From Eledone cirrhosa (lineage: Eukaryota), in contig OZ024741.1 in the NCBI GenBank assembly GCA_964016885.1, forward strand, positions 344,534,001 to 344,598,000: DNA of 64,000 bases. Direction: 5' to 3'. The first letter of the stretch is position 1. Each line of letters opens with the position of its first letter. Of the stretch, positions 1-12,762 are shown piece after piece. The notes under the pieces were generated by a model. That model made no database searches. It saw only the letters and a program-made list of their open reading frames with translations, and was not told the origin of the DNA. The position numbers and the translations under genes were made by a program.

Positions 1-619
1 TGTAGCATGCGTGTACTTTACAGGCAACAGAATAATAAAGGAACTAGAAATTTAGGGAAGTAGGCCCACAATGCCCCCATTTCTCCTATTGTTTTCTTAG
101 ATATGCTTAGTTAGGGCCAACAAGCGGTTAAGCCCCTCCCCATTATCATACAACACCGCTTTTAACACACAAGATGAACTAACGCGGGAGCCCATATGTG
201 GTTACTCGATCAGTTAAAAATAGTTGCCAAATCTCCCTCCAATTACACTTTACTGCCTTATATATGGAAAAGGAGATATTATGTAATTTAATCCTAGTAA
301 CCTATGACTGGAAATCCGTTGATTATATTTATTGATCTGTAACAAAAAAAAACACCAAACACCACAAGCTGACAAGGCAACAATGGTGGTATATAGGTGG
401 TAATTCAATATGCTAGAAATAGCAGCCCGATTCCCTAAAAAACCCCACACCCCAATGTCTTTTTTTTTAAAGAAAGGAGGACACACTGGATATTCATTTC
501 TATATAATATGTGTTCAGGAACACTGCGAGAGACAATGTAAATCCACGATGACAAAGCTCGTTCAATAAAAGTAAAAAATGCCTAAGAAGTTTTTCAACA
601 ATTGTGCTGAAATTTAAAA

Positions 620-654
<35 letters not shown>

Positions 655-711
655 CACCACACACACGCACAGTCGGTACATTATTTCATCAACTAAAGAT
701 TCTTTACTTGA

Positions 712-903
712 ATAATTGTTCCTACTTTTGGCACAAGGCCAGCAATTATGCAGTGCATTACTGGTACTTTATTTTATCGATCCCGTAAGGATGAAAGGCA
801 AAGTTAGACTCGGCGGGATTTGAACTCAGAACGTAAAGGACCATAACTCCATGCTGCAAAGCATGGTATCAGACGCTCTACTGATACTGCCAATCCACTG
901 CCC
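712..903 (-). mobile_element. tRNA-derived SINE, family A
   Basis: Minus strand reads A-box TGGCAGTATCAG, B-box GTTCAAATCC, then GCCTTTCATCCTTACGGGATCGATAAAATAAAGTACCAGT and a GGCCTTGTGCCAAAAGTAG end; more than 12 copies in the window. Confidence 0.8.
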
Positions 904-1780
904 TTGAATAATAACTTTACACACAAGGCGAGTCGTTAGAACATCGTATAGAATGATTTGCAGTATTAGTTCCGGCTCTCTGAGTTCAGATCCCGGCGAG
1001 GTCAACTTTGTATTTGATCTTTTCGAGGTCGATAAAAAAAAGTACTCCCTATCAGATATGCTATCTCCTTTGAACAAAACCTGCTGGAAATGGACTTCAC
1101 CAGGTACATCGGGTAACCCAAAGCACTCCGAGCAAACAAGGGTGTTACTGCAAAACATTAAGAAAAAAACAAATTACAGGATGGCCGCAGCTGGAATGCC
1201 TTTAAACATAGATCTGTTTGGTCACGGCTGGTTTTAGACTTAACTACAACAAACACCCACAATGCGCTGTATTTTAAGTCATACACGCGCTAGCACTATT
1301 ATTATTACTACTACTATCAATACATGTAATCCTCACTACAGTGCCACCCCACCCCAATCATGCACAGAAACGTCTGTCGGCGGGATAAAGTTGCGAGATT
1401 CAAAGAAAAAAAAAAGTATTAAAATAGTTTCACTGCGCCTGCGTACTAAACTTTCAAACTTTTTTGTCCGCTGTGTTGTTGTCACACAGCCGTCTGCTTG
1501 CTTAGATACATTGTTTTCTCTTACTTTTTAGCCCCTCTCCTCTGTTTACATCTTTATCTCTATCTACTTTCCATTGCTTTCTCAGTCTGATTAGCGTTTT
1601 CTAGAAAACCATCTGCCAATACATGTACATATGTACACACGCACATACATACGCATACGCGCGCGTACACTCACACACACGCATATAGGGATTGTAACGT
1701 CAACTTATTGTAGGTTGACCAATGTTAGCACTCGATGCATAGTTTCCAGTAGGTATTGGTGTTGAACTAAGCAGAGTGTA

Positions 1781-1955
1781 ATAATTTTCTACTTTTGGCA
1801 CAAGGCCAGCAAATAATCCAGTACATTACTGGTACTTTATTTTATCGACCCCCGTAAGGATGAAAGGCAAAGTTAACCTCGGTGGAATTTGAACTCAGAA
1901 TGACAAGGGCCGTAACTCTATGCATCAAAGCATGGCGTCCGACCCTCTGCCGATA
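1781..1955 (-). mobile_element. tRNA-derived SINE, family A
   Basis: Near-identical to 712-903. Confidence 0.8.
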
Positions 1956-1993
1956 AAAAGGACGAGGTGTTAAATCTTCATTACATTTAATTA

Positions 1994-2083
1994 GGTGTGA
2001 CGCGCGTTTCACGATTGAACAGCTCAAGGTTCGACCTATATCGATCGGGCCCGACTCTGGAATCAAAAGCTCGTCGGACTTCT
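1994..2083 (-). ncRNA. Degenerate type I hammerhead-like motif, long-stem-II family
   Basis: Minus strand AAGT-CCGACGA-[~60 nt]-GAAA-CGCGCG-TC-ACAC; core has one substitution relative to CUGANGA; homologous to 49045-49139. Confidence 0.5.
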
Positions 2084-2507
2084 GTTATGGTAATGACAAT
2101 AATTCCCTTACACACACACTATATATATATAATTATAAACAACACAACACATTAATATATATATGTATATATATGTGTGTGTGTGCTGTGTTGTTTATAG
2201 TTTTTGAGAAACCCCTCGAATTGTCGAAAGTACGCGGTAAAAAGTCATTGTTAAAAATAAATATCATCTATAGGTTATATATACTGACATAGATAAAAAT
2301 ATTAGAAGGATTTCTTTGCCCGACGGTTAAGTTTCTATCGTTTGATTGCAAATAAATTCTAGTTTTTCATTTGCCATCGAAACAGTAAAAGCTTAACCGC
2401 AAGGGTGCAAATCCTTGTAATATTTATTCGTTACTTTTCGTAAGTATAGAGTACTAAGAGTACGTTTTACCTTAATAAACCTATATGGATTGATAGATGT
2501 GATAGGT

Positions 2508-2554
<47 letters not shown>

Positions 2555-3264
2555 TTAATTTTAGTTTAAATCACTACATATAGAATATGCATATTGTAAT
2601 GTTTCTCAGTAAAAAGCTCAAACTTCTGTTCAGAGCATCAATAATATAATTTAATTTTAAACGATATATTGGGATATATCAATTGAGAAACTAAGATTTA
2701 ATATATATATACCGTCTAACCCATGCTAGCGTGGAAAGTGGACGTTAAACGATGATGATGATGATGATACATATATTGAAAATACAATTTTAGATGTTAA
2801 ATAAAAACATTACTCACATATAGGTTATGTAATGTGTGTGTGTGTATATGTGCGTGCGTGTGTGTATATGTATGTGTGTGTATATATGAATGTATGTGTG
2901 TGTGTGTATATACATATGTATGTGTATGTGTTTATGTATATACTATAAAGAGTCAGGACCCGATGGCTGAGCGCTTAGCATTTCAACAGCTAGTTCCGGA
3001 AGTAGTTGGATCTCAGCTGTTGGGTCCCGATTCTTTGTAATATAGCCATACTCTACAACTCCAAGTATTGAGTACTCTGTTGAATTGTGGTCCAACTAGT
3101 TTTAAACTGGTTCTATCCTGATCTATCTATCTATATATATATATATTGTAATAATAAATGTGAAGACTAAAATCCGAAGAGGGCTCAATAAGGATTATAT
3201 ATATATATAGTTTGGATCTGTCAGAACAGCTGGAGCTCAGCCGTCGGGGGTCCTGACTCTTTTC

Positions 3265-3302
<38 letters not shown>

Positions 3303-3678
3303 TGTAGAGCAAATATTTATTATAAGAACGGATTAAAATTTAAGCAAAGAATCGCTGCTTTCACCCTTAACGGGATCTTCTGATTTTGTCACCCAGGTAA
3401 ATAATTAAGTCAAACAACCAACATATACTCAAAATCTCTCTCTCTATATATATATATATTCATTCAATTCAGGGAAGTTGGTTCAAATAATCCACCAACT
3501 TTGGTCATAAACAGATGTAAAGCACTCTACGACTTGTATTCCTGGACCCTGAAACCATTGGTAGCGCATACATGTCAAGCATATGAAACTTTGTTTACTC
3601 TAAATTAGCTCTCTTCCAATAGATCAAGAACTGTTTTCCTTGATTTTTCATCTACAGTTTCCTATCAATGTATATGTG

Positions 3679-3721
<43 letters not shown>

Positions 3722-3725
<4 letters not shown>

Positions 3726-4271
3726 ATGTATACGTACATACATATATGTATACAGACGTAGAGTAGTATGTATATATACACATACATGCACACATATATA
3801 TATGTACATATGGGTTTACCGAACATTTATTATAATGTTCGGTTTGTTTGTAAACAAACAGCCCTAATTAAGCCGTACAGTGTTCAGCAACCATCGCCGC
3901 CCTTTTGTTCAACACGGTACGCCCGGCCGACTAACTCACTCGATATACAAATTAGGCTGCTCAGCCGTTAATATGCATAAGGAAAGTATATACTTTCAAA
4001 CGTTCAATCATCTGACAGGAAGGTATACGATGCTGACGATAGCTAATAAGCTTGAAACTAGTTCATCGTTCCTTTGTCAGTGTTGATAAAAAGGGCGATG
4101 ATGGTTGCCGAACACTGTACGACTTAATTCGGGCTGTTTGTTTACAAACAAACCAAACATTATAATAAATGTTTGGAAAACCCATACATACATATATATA
4201 TATGTGTTCATGTATGTATATATATACATACTACTGTATGTCTGTATACATATATGTATGTATACATACTT
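3722..4271. mobile_element. MITE/foldback element with ~190-bp inverted arms
   Basis: 3722-3915 is the reverse complement of 4080-4271 (e.g. GTTTGTTTGTAAACAAACAGCCC / GGGCTGTTTGTTTACAAACAAAC) around a ~165-bp spacer. Confidence 0.7.
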
Positions 4272-4452
4272 ATATTTAAGTATCAGCCATACTAAGAGTG
4301 AGAAATGAAATTCCATTTCATTCTTTTCCATTTATATATATATATACTACCAAAATTAAATTAAAGATGCCATGTCTGAGAATATCAGAAGCATGCAACA
4401 TATCACCTGTGGAATAAGTTCAAAGATTAAAAGTGATAAATCCGAGCATATG

Positions 4453-4496
<44 letters not shown>

Positions 4497-4779
4497 AATG
4501 GCTTCTACAGGATTTTAGTCTTTCCTGATTTCCTTCAAATGAAACAGTTTTAGTTTTGTAGAAGCCATTTCTATATTAAATATTTATTCTCTATGTATTG
4601 AGTACCTTACTTACTGTGGTTACCCCTGATTAAACCGGACACGCATACATACACATACACACACATACACAGTGATAATAAATAATAAAAGACACATGCC
4701 GGGGATTTTACATAGTTGTGTAAAAATATTATTAAAACAAACAAATTTAACAATCGAAATTCCCAAATGTAAATAGATA

Positions 4780-7700
4780 TGTTTCTTTATTAGCCACAGG
4801 GGCACAAAAGAAGGGGACAAATACAAAGGGGGAAGTTTACATACAATAAAAACGTGTAAAATATTATCACAAATGGAATTTAAAAAGTTAGTCGATTTTC
4901 CCCAATAGAGGGAGACAGTTTATATGGGTAACACATACCCCCGAAAAAATATGTGCAACCCTCATCTCCAGGAGTACGAAGAGTTTGTACTCCTTTCCTC
5001 TCCTCCTCCTTTTCCTCAACTTACAGGCTGATATAGAGAGAAGGCCCATTCACTCGGGCCATTCTCGCCACTTTCACCCACCTTTCATAAAACTTGCTGG
5101 GGTACAGCACCTCTCTCTCCATCCTGATTCTTCTTCCAAAGTGGTATTTGAAAAAAAGAATCAGTTGTTGGCCGGAGACAAAGGTGTCTGACCTCAGCCC
5201 TTTCAACCTTGTCCACCATACAACCTCTTTCGCCATAGCTATCACACAAAGGAAAACCGCCTCTCCTTCGTTTTTGAAGGAGGGTGGCGGTTTGATCATG
5301 ACAATGGACTCGGTGGTCAACTGGATTGGTCCCACCCGTGACAATAGTCGTTCTACATAGCCCCACAGGTCAGTGACGCCCGGGCAGTGTATGAATGCGT
5401 GCGCGACGGTTTCTTCGTCTCGCACGCACCTCGGACAGATCTTTTTTGCAGGGTCTCTGCCCGGGCGCCCATGTCTGTAGAGCTTGTCTCGAACTGGTAG
5501 AGCTCCTCGGTAGCACTGCCAGGCCAGGGACTTTTGGAAGTTGTCCATCGGTCCCGGGCGGAAGGTCCTACCGAACAGACTGGCCAGTTCATCTTCCTCT
5601 ACGCCTAGAGTTTCACCGAGCGCGTCGTCGCACTTGCTGCGGACCAACCCTCTATAGAATGACGAAGTGGAGTCTCCACTGATCGCCGGGTCCGCCTGCC
5701 AGAGGGCTGTGAGCGCCTGAGCACATTCGATGTGCCAGTCGCCCATTTTCCTCGGTCTTTGCTTGACCCAGGACTGCAGCTCGGTCAGCGAGACGAGTCG
5801 TGGGAAGGCTCACCTCACGAACGGGGCCCACACCGGTTGTCCGGTGAGGAATACATAGAGATGCCGCAGCCTAAGTGCGTGTTTGCGCATCGTCAACCAC
5901 AGCATCCCCAGCCCTCCGTTAGAAGGGTGTTGGCAGCAGATGGATCTTCTCAAAGGAGCCCGCCTCTTCCAAAGGAATTGGAAGAGCGCGCGCTCCATTT
6001 TGGCGAGCGTTTTGGCTGGACAAGGCACGACGGTCAAGCGGTAGTAGATGGCGGACGCTATAAAAGTGTTCGCCACCTCCGCTCGACCTTTCAAGGATAG
6101 TTTGCACTCGCCCCACTTCTGGGTGAGTGCAAACACCTTGGCCATCACTTCGTTCCAGTTCTTCTCCACCTGGAGGTCCGGACCAAACCAGACCCCGAGC
6201 AGCTTTACCGGTCCTTCTGTCCAGCGTCCGATGACGCCATCGGAAGGCATCGGTCTGCCTCTCCACGATCCGAGTTGCAAACCGATGGACTTGTCCCGGT
6301 TCAGCTTCGCTCCTGTGAGACTTTCGTATTCCTTCAGTAAGGTGCCGACTTCCTCGATTTGCGAGGCGCTCGACACCATTACTGTCACGTCGTCGGCGTA
6401 GGTGGACGCCGCTTTCCGCAGTCCCAGTTCCAGAGGGATGCCCTGCAATAGCTCCAGCTTCCGCAGTAGTGGCTCGAGAGTCAGTACGTACAGAAGGGAG
6501 GAGAGAGGGCATCCCTGTCGAATGGATTGCGTAATATGGAACGGCTCCGAGAGGTAGCCGTTCACCTTGACCCTTGAGCAGATGTTGCTGTTGTGCATTG
6601 CAGCAATCCAGCCCCTGAACACGGGTCCGAAGCCTGCCGCCTCGAGCACCGCATCCAGGTAACGATGGTCAACCCTATCGAAAGCCTTAGACTGATCCAA
6701 GTTGATCAGGGCCCCACCGAAGCCGGGTTTACACCCTACCCTTTCTATGATGTATCGCATGAGGTGGAGGTTGTCGTGTATGGACCTGGTCGGGATTGCA
6801 CATGTCTATGCTTCTCCCACCAGGTTCTCAACGACAAGCGCCAGCCTCTTTGCCAACACCTTGGCCAAAATCTGTAACTCTGTGTTTAGCAGAGTTATGG
6901 GCCGGAAGTTGCCTATGTCATCCCCCTTATTCTCGTCCTTCCTGATTAGTGTGACCATGCCCCCGGTTACAGAACTGGGAATTCTCCCATTCTGTTGCCA
7001 GTTGTAGTATACCGCTTCCAGGAGACCGGAGACCGGAGAATAAGTCCGGCATTGCTACGTAAAATTCGTAGGCTAGACCATCGAGACCTGGAGATTTGCG
7101 TTTGCCACATTGGCTCAGCGCGTCCCCTATCTCAGTGGCTGAAATCGGCTTTTCGCAGAACTTTGCCTCGCTGTCCAAGAGTCGCGGTAGGCCGTCGAGG
7201 TATGGACCGAAATCCATAGCCTCTCCCGGCGCGCCGCTCCCCCCGAACAGCCGAGCAAAGTGCCGCTGAAAAGCCGCACACATCTGCTTCGGCTCACGTA
7301 TCACGCGTCCGTTTTGGTCCTTCAAAGACCGAATCGTGGACTTGTTGCCACTTTTTGCCTCCGTCACTCGGAGCTTTGGCTCCCTCGTTTCCCAGAGCAC
7401 GTATTTTGCTTCTGACAACGCAGCCCTCGTGCTTTGCGTCGAAGAACTGGTCCAAGGCCGTTCTCGTTGCTAGCATGCTGGCTACGTTGCCACTTCTAAT
7501 TGCCTCTTCTACTTTATCTACCAGTTCCTTCTCGGTTCTATTTCTATCTAACGCTAATTCTTTACTAAAAACTATCGAGTCTAATCTAACTGCCCTCTTG
7601 AGAGAGTACCACCATCTGTTGTTGACAATGGCCCCTGTCAAGTGCTGTTTAACAAAAGTGCTAATCCGTCTACTGTAGGCTTTGCTTGTCGGTAACGACA

Positions 7701-8327
7701 AGTTCAGCTCCCAGTAGCCGGGTCCTTGTCTATGGGTTCTATCAAGGTTGGCCATGCAGGTCACAAGTTTGTGATCTGAATAGGCAACCATGAACATTTG
7801 TGGACAGCTTAACATGTCCCTATCCTTATTTCTAACTAGAACCCTAGCTAGGTATGATCTAGATGTTCCGCTACGATTACTCCACGTCCACAGTGGCGCA
7901 GTCGGAAAATCTAGTCGATATCTATCGGCCAGGTCAAATCGGTCGATTAACTGTTTGAGGCTGTTAGACCCCCCTTTATCGGGACATGCTCCCACATAGT
8001 CCCAACGTGCATCTAGGATTCCATTCCAGTCCCCCCACTAAAAGCAAGGAGCGGGACGTTCCCAGAAAAGTCTCTAGACGTTTGAAGAAGTCTGGCCGCG
8101 GTGTCCCGGATGGGGCATATGCGGCCACCAGCCTGAAGGCTCCACCTTCACTACCGTCAACGTCTAGGACCACCAGTCGACCCTCCGGGTCCAGATGTAC
8201 CGTCTGTGTTACGAGGCCCAGGTGTTTCCGCAGCAAAATGGCAACTCCGCCCCCACCCCCCGGTTGACAGAGAGATACATAGATCTCAAAGTCATCGAAG
8301 ATGGGGGCCAGCTGTCGCTCGCCGTGG
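4780..8327 (-). mobile_element. 5'-truncated Tx1/L1-clade LINE
   Basis: Contains APE endonuclease, RT and zf-RVT fragments; 3'UTR ends AATAAAGAAACA; flanked by a 21-bp direct repeat ATTCCCAAAYGTAAATAGATA (4759-4779 and 8328-8348); GC-rich relative to flanks. Confidence 0.9.
5021..8327 (-). pseudogene. Frameshifted LINE ORF2 (endonuclease-RT-zinc knuckle)
   Basis: GGVAILL, AYAP, WTWSN and YSDHK (APE); KSPGLDGL, LDQSKAFDRVDH, IRQGCPLS and YADD (RT); CPRC-x8-H-x4-C (zf-RVT). Split over at least 5 ORFs. Confidence 0.9.
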
Positions 8328-9324
8328 ATTCCCAAACGTAAATAGATAGATAGACAGATAGATAGATAAAACAAAAATATATATTTCTAACTTTTGCCCA
8401 AGTTCATAAATCTCTGGGGAGTGAATAACCAATTATATTGACACCATTCCTAAACTGATCTTTAACTTTATCGATCATTAACAGATAATTTGATTCTAAC
8501 TGAATTTGAACTGTGAATATAAAGATGTTATTAAATACTGCTCAGCTCTATTTTGTCTGTCACTCTACTGATTCTACCAATCTTCTGTACTTTTACAAAA
8601 AGAAAAGAGAGAGAGAGATCCAATACTGGGTAGGATAGGGTTCTCAAACTCAAGTAGTTAAAAGTGCCATAACATGCTGAGGCTGAAACATAGCAGGCTA
8701 AAGGTGAGATGACGAGGGAAGAGTATGATTTCCACCAGTTATAATTCTAATCTGCAATACAGCTGATAGGCTCCTATTTATTTTCATCAAAATAAACACA
8801 CATATGATTGTGAGATATGTGAATTAGTACAAAATGTAGGGGAACAAAGTTTCCGTGGGATTTGAACTCGGAGCATAAAGAGCTGAGCAACATCTAGTTA
8901 CTTACGGTGTTTTACTTTGCAAGTTCAAATCCTACCAAGGTCAACGTTTCTTTTCATCCTTCCAGGGTTGTTAACATAAACAACAGTTAAGTACTGAGGT
9001 CAAGATAATTGATTTTCCCCTTCCCTTAAATTGCTAGCCTCGTTAGAAATAATTATTGAGCTGGTGTTTAGCACACACCTGAAAAAAGGGTTCTTACATA
9101 GAATTATAGGATTTTAGATAAATATAAAGTCCTTAAAACATACAGCTTTGTATCATAGGGCCAGTTTCAAGCAGATTGGTATCAAAAATTTAAACCCTTT
9201 AGCATTTACATTACTCTATATTTACTATTGTAATTTCATGGTAAACACTTTATCTCACATAATATCAAATCTACGAGATTTTGATATTATCTATATTCTA
9301 TCTTCCCTGCATATTTTACCTTAA

Positions 9325-9531
9325 ACCTTTAGCATTTAAACCGGCCATATCCAGCCAGAATTCTCTCCTCTTTCTGTTCAAACCAGCCATAACTGGCTGC
9401 TCATACTGATGTTAAGGTATTGTTCCCAAAATAAATAATATCAAAATCTCAGAGATTCGATATTATGTGAGATAATTATGTGAGGTAAAGCTTTTACCAT
9501 GTAAATATAGAATAATATAAATGCTAAAGGG
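9325..9531. mobile_element. piggyBac-type MITE
   Basis: TTAA on both sides; TIRs (A/C)CCTTTAGCATTTA ... TAAATGCTAAAGGG; related copies at 12325-12520, 33060-33374 and 41640-41742. Confidence 0.7.
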
Positions 9532-10129
9532 TTAAACAGGCTGTATCCGGCCAGAATTCTCTGACCTCTTTCTGTTCAAACCGACCATAACCGGCTGCTC
9601 ATACTTATATTAATACCTTAATATAAGTATGAGCAGCCGGTTATGGCCGGTTTGAACAGAAAGAGGGGAGAATTCTGGCTGGATATGGCCGGTTTAAATG
9701 CTAAAGGTTTAAGGTAAAATATACAGAGAAGATAGAAGCCAAGCTCAAATTTGACTTTCATCCTTCTGGGGTTGATAAATACCAGTTAAGTACAGGGATT
9801 GATACAATCGATTTTGTCCTTCCCCTTAATTTCTGGCCTTGTACTAATCAATGTTACAGAGAATTATTGCTACTGCAACAAAACTGCAGCAATCGCAACA
9901 ACAACATTGAGATCTGCCAGGTAAACTAGACATTTGTTGATTAATTATTCAACACTCCTGTTGATTGCATCAGTAACCTTTACCTGCCTACTTACACATG
10001 GTATATATTTAAAACTAGATTCACAGAGCCAGCTAGAAAACAACAACAACAACACAGGAAAAGAGAAGGAACAGACAAATATATTAAAGTCTGGCAAGAT
10101 CTCTGCCTCACCTTCATCATTCATCACTT

Positions 10130-11703
10130 GTCACTCACCATTATCAATACCACCACCACAATCATCACTACCAACACCATCATCACAACCTCCACCACAA
10201 CCACTACCATTAGTAACAGTACAACCTAAATCACCACTGCCAACACCACCATCACAACCTCTACCACCACCACAACCACTACCATTAGTAACGGTACAAC
10301 CACAATCACCACCAATACGACAACCACCACCACCATTAGTAACGTTATAACCACAATCACCACTGCCAGCACCATCAAAAATACAATCAACCATCACCAC
10401 CACCGCCACAACCATCACCACAACCACTACCACCCACCACTACCACCATAACCACTACCACCACAACCACTACCACCACAACCACTACCACCACAACTAC
10501 TACCACCACAACCACTACCACCACAACCACTACCACCACAACCACAATCACCACAGCCAGCACCCTCAAAAACACCACCATTACCACCACCACTACCACC
10601 ACCACTACCACTACCACCACCACCACCACCACCACAACCACTACCACCACAAACACCACCACAAAGACCACCACCACTGCTGCCACCACCACCACCATTA
10701 GTAACATTATAACCACAATCATCACTGCCAACACCATCAAAAACACAATCAACCATCACCACTACCACCATCATCAGTACTACTACTACAGTCATTACCA
10801 TCACCACCACCACTATTAGTGTTACAACTATAATCACCACTGCCAGCCCCATCACTACCTCAACTAACACCATCACTCCTTGGCTACCACCATCATCAGT
10901 ACTACTACTACATTCATTACCATCACCACTATTAGTATTACAACTATAATCACCACTGTCAGCACCATCACCACCTCAACTAACACCATCACTCCTTGGC
11001 TTCCACCATCATCACCACTACCACCGCCATCATCACCACCACTACTACATTTATAGTCACCATCACTGCCATTTTCATCTTTGCCACCACCATCAGCACC
11101 TCTACCATTACCAACACCACCTGTATTAATGCCATCATCACCTCAACCACCACCATCACCACCACTACCACATTTTATGACCACCATCACTACCATTTTC
11201 ATCTTTGCCACTATCACATCATCAGATCATCACAATCACTACCATTACCACCACCACCATCACCACTGCCAACACACCAGTATTATCACCATCATCACCT
11301 CAACTACCAACATCATCACCACAACTACCACCACCACCACCACCATCATCATTTCAACTACCAACATTATCACCGCTACCACCACCATCATCACCACCAC
11401 TACCATCATCATCACCACCACCACTATCATCATCATCACCACTACTACCATCACCACCATCATCACTACTACCACCACCACCATCATCACTACTACCACC
11501 ACCACCATCATCACTACTACCACCACCACCACCATCATCACCACTACCACCACCACCATCTTCATCACCACTACCACCACCACCATCATCATCATCATCA
11601 CCACTACCACCACCACCATCATCACCACTACCACCACACCATCATCATCACCACAACTACCAACATTATCACCATTACCACCACCATCACCCCCCCCCCA
11701 CCA
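10130..11703. repeat. (CAC/CAT/CTA)n low-complexity tract with internal duplications
   Basis: Degenerate trinucleotide repeat; its ORFs are poly-P/T/H artefacts. Confidence 0.9.
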
Positions 11704-12324
11704 TCTCTTTGTTTATTTCTTTCTTTTTTTCTATCCCTTTCTGTCCTTGCATCTTTCTTTCTTCTATTCCTTTCTTTCCTTAATTCTTTCTTTCCTCTAT
11801 ACCTTTCTGTCCTTGCTTCTTTCTTTCTTTATTTCTAATACCGTCTCTTGTTTGGTGAAATCTTATTTTAACATGTAATCGAAATGAAAGTAAAATTTTA
11901 CAAAGTAAAATGAAAAACTGAAATGACAAAATGTAGTTAGTTTCTTTTCTCATTGATTAAAATAAGTCTCTTCTTCCTAACTGCTCGATTTGCACAGAAA
12001 TAATTGTATGATACTCTGTCAAGGCTAGTATGACCACAATCTTCAAGAATGTCAGCAACACTGTATATAGTGAAGTTTTCCAGTGTTATAAATTTCTTAA
12101 CTTTTATTCCATTGGCAGGGTTTCTGTGTGCAGTTATTAATGTCAACAGCAAACTGCCAAAAATAATTCAAGATTGTGTTTTCATCTGTTGGGATGAAAC
12201 AACACAAATATCAAGGTATGAGACTGTTTGATCACTGATTTTGTGATCTTTTGCAAAATGATTTACCTATTGGTGGTAATATTGTGCTGTTAATTCAGAT
12301 ATACACATGTTTATATGGCTTTAA

Positions 12325-12520
12325 CCCTTTAGCATTTAAATTGGTTGTATCCGGCCAGAATTCTGTTACCTCTTTCTGTTCAAACCGGCTATAACCAGCC
12401 ACTCATACTGATGTTATTTTTCTCAAAATAATATCAAAATCTCAGATTCAATATTATGTGAAATAAAGCCTTTACTGGGAAAATACAATAGTAAATATGG
12501 AGTAATGTAAATGCTATGAG
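12325..12520. mobile_element. piggyBac-type MITE copy
   Basis: Starts TTAA|CCCTTTAGCATTTA; body matches 9325-9531; right TIR decayed. Confidence 0.65.
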
Positions 12521-12762
12521 ATTTAAAATTAATCTCCCTGATACTATAAGACCAAATTTTGAAATATTAAAAAATAAAATTACTGACAGCTTGAAATATC
12601 TAATATTCGTAAGAGTAAATATATACTTCTGGAGAAAATCAAAAACAAAAACTTTCTTAAAAGAAATAATTCTAAAAGGTAGTGTGTATTTGACAAACAT
12701 TATTTATATTTAAGAAAATGTAAATATTGTCAAAAAATAACAAATTTGTAACTTTATAAATC

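Noticed and set aside
9934-10350. ORF with signal-peptide-like start and Pro-rich tail
   Set aside because: TTG start, runs into the CAC microsatellite, no homology recognised.
11937-12290. Short minus-strand ORF and a CTQKPCQWNK peptide in unique DNA
   Set aside because: Stops in all frames and no recognisable domain; possibly a decayed transposon.
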